The notes under the pieces were generated by a model. The model made no database searches. It was not told where the DNA came from and was given only the letters and a program-made list of their open reading frames with translations. A stretch of 12,794 nt of DNA. It comes from Elusimicrobiales bacterium. GTDB taxonomy: Bacteria > Elusimicrobiota > Elusimicrobia > Elusimicrobiales > UBA9959. The first letter of the stretch is position 1, and each line of letters opens with the position of its first letter. Position numbers and translations under genes: made by a program. The stretch covers positions 1-12,794 of the forward strand of contig JBMFKQ010000036.1 of the NCBI GenBank assembly GCA_049972095.1, written 5' to 3'. Shown piece after piece: positions 6,291 through 12,794 of this stretch.

Positions 6291-8768
6291 TTACTTAACA
6301 TCTTTATCATCAACATCACCAACAACAGGTTCAACACTTGAAACCTTATCCCCCTCCTCAAGCCTAACAAGCCTTACTCCTTGAGTGTTTCTTCCAACAA
6401 CACTTATTCCAGAACAATTAATTCTTATTATCTTTCCCTTTTCTGTTATAATCATAAGATCACTCTTATCATCAACAAGATATATCCCAACAACATTTCC
6501 GTTTCTTTCTGTTGTTTTTATCGTGATTATACCACTCCCCCCTCTATGCTGATCTCTGTATTCACTAAGAGATGTCCTTTTTCCAAAACCATTTTCACAT
6601 ACCGTAAGAAGATCTTTATTCGCATTTGAAACAACAACCTCCATTCCAACAACCATATCATCCTTTGCAAGTCTTATTCCTCTCACTCCTCTTGCATTTC
6701 TTCCCATTGGTCTAACCTCTTTCTCAGAAAATCTTATAGACATACCGTCCTTTGTGCCAAGTATTATATCATAATTACCATCAGTATGAGCAACTCCGCT
6801 AAGAACATCCCCATCATCAAGGGTTATAGCATTTATACCACTTCTTCTTATGTTTGCAAATTCAGATATTGGAGTTTTTTTAACATAACCCTTCCTTGTT
6901 GCCATAAGAAGATATGTTTGCTCTTTTTTCTTTTCATCAAAAGAATCTATAGATATTATAGAGCTTATCTTCTCATCTTTGATCGGAAGAAGATTTACAA
7001 TGGCTTTCCCCCTTGCTGATCGTAAAGCCTCTGGAATCTCATATCCTTTAAGGGCATAGACTCTTCCCCTTGATGTAAACATAAGTATGGTCGAATGAGT
7101 AGAAGCGATGAAAAGATGCTCAACAAAATCCTCTTCTTTAAGATCTGAACCTATCACACCCTTTCCACCTCTACCCTGAGTTTTGTATGTATTAAGAGGG
7201 ATTCTTTTTATGTATCCACTGTGGGTTATTGTTATAACGACATCCTCCTTCTCTATAAGATCCTCAATATCAAGCTCCTGTGCCTCCTGAGTTATATCAG
7301 TCTTTCTTTTATCCCCATATTTCTCTTTTATCTCTCTAAGCTCATCTGTTATTATCTTCAAGATCTTTGCAGGATTTTTAAGTATGGATCTAAGCTCATC
7401 TATCAGTTTCAAAAGACCTCTATACTCCTCGTTAATCTGCCCAACCTCAAGCTTTGTAAGCTGATGAAGTCTCATATCAAGTATTGCCAAAGCCTGCTTT
7501 TCAGTTAGTGCAAATCTCTTAATCAGATTTTCTTTTGCTTCAGCTCCATCCTTTGCCCTTTTTATTATATCAACAACCTCATCTATATTTTTAAGAGCAA
7601 TAAGATAGCCTTCAAGTATATGAGCCCTATCAAGAGCTTTATCTAAATCGTATTTTGTTCTATTGTATATTATCTGTTTTCTATGCCTTATATACTGATC
7701 TATCACCTCTCTTATATTAAGAATCCTTGGCTTGCCATCAACTATAGCAAGCATTATGACACCAAAACTTGTTTCAAGCTGAGTATGTTTCATCAGCTGA
7801 TTGAGAACAACTTGAGCATTGCCCTCCCTTTTAATCTCTATAACGATTCTCATTCCCCTTCTGTCAGACTCATCCCTTATGTCAGATATATCTGTTATCT
7901 TTTTGTCTTTTACAAGATTTGCTATTGATTCGATAAGAGAGGCTTTGTTAACCTGATAGGGTATTTCAGTTATTATTATAGCCTGTTTCCCACCTTTTAT
8001 CTCCTCTATTTCAGTTCTTGCCTGAATTTTTATAGAACCCCTTCCTGTTTCAAAATAATCCTTAATACCTTGCTTCCCCCTTATTATACCACCTGTTGGA
8101 AAATCAGGCCCCTTTATATACCTCATCAGATCCTTGATGGTGATGTCAGGATTTTCTATGACTGCTGTTATTGCATCACAAACCTCAGCAAGATTATGAG
8201 TTGGTATGTTTGTTGCCATACCAACAGCAATACCATTTGAACCATTGATAAGAAGGTTTGGAAGCCTTGCAGGAAGAGCTGAAGGCTCTGTAAGTGAACC
8301 GTCATAATTTGGGACAAACTTTACAGTCTCTTTATCAATATCACAAAGCATCTCCTCGGATATCTGGCTGAGCCTTGCCTCGGTGTAGCGCATTGCAGCA
8401 GGAGGATCTCCATCAATAGATCCAAAATTCCCCTGACCATCAACAAGCGGATATCTCAATGAAAAATCCTGTGCCATTCTAACAAGTGTATCATAAATTG
8501 CAGCATCTCCATGAGGATGATATTTACCCATAACATCACCAACTATACGGGCTGACTTTTTGTAAGGCTTGTTGTATCTTAGCCCCATATCATACATTGT
8601 ATATAGAACTCTTCTATGAACAGGTTTTAAACCATCCCTCACATCAGGAAGAGCCCTTCCCACTATGACACTCATAGAATAGTCAATATATGAAGATCTC
8701 ATCTCCTCAGATATATCTCTTTCTATAATATTCATATTAGAATTTGCCACCAAATTATCCTTCGACAT
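6291..8768 (-). CDS. gyrA: DNA gyrase subunit A, 825 aa
   Basis: [25 protein letters not shown], catalytic Tyr in AAMRYTE, GyrA-box QGRGGKG and C-terminal beta-pinwheel repeats. SD AAGGAG (8775-8780) supports ATG 8768. Confidence 0.98.
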   Translation of the reverse strand: MSKDNLVANSNMNIIERDISEEMRSSYIDYSMSVIVGRALPDVRDGLKPVHRRVLYTMYDMGLRYNKPYKKSARIVGDVMGKYHPHGDAAIYDTLVRMAQDFSLRYPLVDGQGNFGSIDGDPPAAMRYTEARLSQISEEMLCDIDKETVKFVPNYDGSLTEPSALPARLPNLLINGSNGIAVGMATNIPTHNLAEVCDAITAVIENPDITIKDLMRYIKGPDFPTGGIIRGKQGIKDYFETGRGSIKIQARTEIEEIKGGKQAIIITEIPYQVNKASLIESIANLVKDKKITDISDIRDESDRRGMRIVIEIKREGNAQVVLNQLMKHTQLETSFGVIMLAIVDGKPRILNIREVIDQYIRHRKQIIYNRTKYDLDKALDRAHILEGYLIALKNIDEVVDIIKRAKDGAEAKENLIKRFALTEKQALAILDMRLHQLTKLEVGQINEEYRGLLKLIDELRSILKNPAKILKIITDELREIKEKYGDKRKTDITQEAQELDIEDLIEKEDVVITITHSGYIKRIPLNTYKTQGRGGKGVIGSDLKEEDFVEHLFIASTHSTILMFTSRGRVYALKGYEIPEALRSARGKAIVNLLPIKDEKISSIISIDSFDEKKKEQTYLLMATRKGYVKKTPISEFANIRRSGINAITLDDGDVLSGVAHTDGNYDIILGTKDGMSIRFSEKEVRPMGRNARGVRGIRLAKDDMVVGMEVVVSNANKDLLTVCENGFGKRTSLSEYRDQHRGGSGIITIKTTERNGNVVGIYLVDDKSDLMIITEKGKIIRINCSGISVVGRNTQGVRLVRLEEGDKVSSVEPVVGDVDDKDVK

Positions 8769-8803
8769 AAAACACTCCTTCAAAAAAACCTAAAGGCATT
8801 AAA

Positions 8804-11287
<2,484 letters not shown>

Positions 11288-11569
11288 TTACGAAATTACC
11301 TTTATATCCTTTATAAATTTTCTTCTAAAGTATTTGTTGAGTTCATTGGTTAAAGACTCTTTTCTGATTTTTATCTCATTCATAAAAACACTGTTTTTTG
11401 CTTTAAGAATAAGGATGTTTTTTTCAACACTATATATCTCACACATAGAAGAAAAGTCAGAAAAATCCTTCTTCCATATATAATCCAACATCATAAGATT
11501 AAGAATATCTACACCCCCCAGAAACCTTCTGGAAGAAATTATCTCTCTTATACTTTTCATTTTTCTCAA
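11288..11569 (-). CDS. dciA: DUF721/DciA-family protein (replicative helicase loader), 90-93 aa
   Basis: Lies between dnaN and gyrB. The pattern L...W, LILKAKNSVFMNEI, L...LN, I..I matches the DUF721 core. Start is either TTG 11569 (TTGA overlap with the dnaN stop) or ATG 11560. Confidence 0.72.
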   Translation of the reverse strand: MRKMKSIREIISSRRFLGGVDILNLMMLDYIWKKDFSDFSSMCEIYSVEKNILILKAKNSVFMNEIKIRKESLTNELNKYFRRKFIKDIKVIS

Positions 11570-12693
11570 TAAGATTTCAGCGGCATTATCATATACATAA
11601 GATCAGGTTCATTATCCACTGTTATCATAGTTGGAGTTGTTGAACCGGTAAATCTAAACTCAATATTTTTTGCTCCACTGTTTTTAAGAATATCAATTAT
11701 AAAGCGGGGATTGTAGACTATAACAAATTCATTGGCACCTCTATGTGAAAAATTACAATCAATCTGATCCTCAAAATCAACACTTTGTGTTGAAAGTGTC
11801 ACGGTAAGAACATCCTTTTTAAAAACATACTTTACAAAACCATTCTTATTATCCCCTCCGGCTATAACAGCCCTTTTTGTTGATGTCATAAGTTTTTCAC
11901 AATCAATTGAGGCTATTGATTCAAAGCTTTTAGGAATTATACTTTCATATGACGGAAAATTACCCTCTATAAACCTTGATACAAACTCTGTGTTGTTTAT
12001 CTTAAAACCAACCTGGTTTGTTGATATATTTATACTCATCTCATCCCTTTCACTACAACATAGCCTAACATATGAACAGACCTCCTCAAGTATTCTTGAA
12101 GGTATAACAACCTTAAAAAGCTTACCTTCAGATGATATTTTTCTGCTTATGACCGCAAGCCTCCTTCCGTCAGTTGCTGCAATGGTGAAGATATCCTTTT
12201 CTTTTTTCCACAAAAGTCCATTAAGCACCGTGTTTTTATCATCTGTTGAGGATGAAAAGATAGTTTTTTCTATCATTGAGACTATATCAAAAGCATTAAC
12301 TCTAAAAGTTTCTTTATCTGATACTAATGGGGTCGCCGGAAAGTCTGATGATGGAAATGTTGATATCTTCATTTTTATCTTTCCGCTTATAATATTTACT
12401 TTATCATCCTCATAGGAAACCGTTATTTCTTTGTCTTTGTCTATGGTTGATACTATGTCATGGAATTTCTTGAATGGAATGGTTGTGGTTCCTTCTATTA
12501 TGGTAGAAAAGGAATCTTTTAGGATGTGTCTTATAGCTATTTCCAGATCAGTGGATATAAATTTTATGCTATCGGTTCTCACATCAATAAGAAAGTTATG
12601 AAGCACTGGCATAGAACCCGTTTTTGACTGGATAGCTGGTTGGATTTTGTTTAAACACTCAATAAGTTTTTCTTGCTTGATTATGAATTTCAT
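11566..12693 (-). CDS. dnaN: DNA polymerase III beta subunit (sliding clamp), 375 aa
   Basis: STDLEI, DFP, ATDGRRLA, SRFIEGNFPSY, NPRFIIDIL and a C-terminal YMIMPL. SD GGGAGG (12700-12705) abuts ATG 12699 but is 6 nt from ATG 12693, so 12693 is preferred. Confidence 0.96.
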   Translation of the reverse strand: MKFIIKQEKLIECLNKIQPAIQSKTGSMPVLHNFLIDVRTDSIKFISTDLEIAIRHILKDSFSTIIEGTTTIPFKKFHDIVSTIDKDKEITVSYEDDKVNIISGKIKMKISTFPSSDFPATPLVSDKETFRVNAFDIVSMIEKTIFSSSTDDKNTVLNGLLWKKEKDIFTIAATDGRRLAVISRKISSEGKLFKVVIPSRILEEVCSYVRLCCSERDEMSINISTNQVGFKINNTEFVSRFIEGNFPSYESIIPKSFESIASIDCEKLMTSTKRAVIAGGDNKNGFVKYVFKKDVLTVTLSTQSVDFEDQIDCNFSHRGANEFVIVYNPRFIIDILKNSGAKNIEFRFTGSTTPTMITVDNEPDLMYMIMPLKSY

Positions 12694-12705
12694 CTTCATC
12701 CTCCC

Positions 12706-12794
12706 AAAAAAGAATTAGTGATAGTTGTTGATTGTGTTGATAATACATTTTCTATATACAGTTTTTTCAACATTTTATCAACATTGTATATACA
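12706..12794. other. Chromosomal replication origin oriC (partial; dnaN-proximal DnaA boxes and unwinding region)
   Basis: DnaA-box-like 9-mers: TTATCAACA (minus 12735-12743; plus 12775-12783), CAATCAACA (minus 12726-12734), TTTTCAACA (plus 12764-12772). Trinucleotide run TAG-TGA-TAG-TTG-TTG at 12716-12730. Located directly upstream of dnaN. Confidence 0.8.

Noticed and set aside
5091..7928. ORFs 5091-5498 (-), 5906-6298, 6381-6629, 6786-7019, 7221-7508 and 7683-7928 (+)
   Set aside because: Antisense shadows of infC, marC and gyrA.

Overview
AT-rich bacterial chromosomal window that ends in the replication origin. On the minus strand, from the right edge: a partial oriC (TTATCAACA-type DnaA boxes plus DnaA-trio-like repeats), then dnaN, dciA (DUF721), gyrB, gyrA and marC, with no recF. 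To the left are a stand-alone infC (+, no rpmI-rplT) divergent from rlmN (-), a tRNA-Val(CAC) (+) whose 3' end overlaps the rlmN 3' end in antisense, a secreted clostripain-family (C11) peptidase (+) and the C-terminal ~790 aa of a giant coiled-coil protein (+). No mobile element, CRISPR array or rRNA is visible. The best candidate for an undescribed system is the infC leader: a sigma70 promoter points at a probably leaderless 12-aa uORF, whose stop overlaps the start of a 14-aa uORF (ATGA), whose stop in turn overlaps the TTG start of infC (TTGA). This suggests IF3 autoregulation through a coupled uORF relay instead of the classical AUU start; it is an inference and untested. Taxonomy cannot be fixed from this window; my impression (Elusimicrobiota-like) is unverified.
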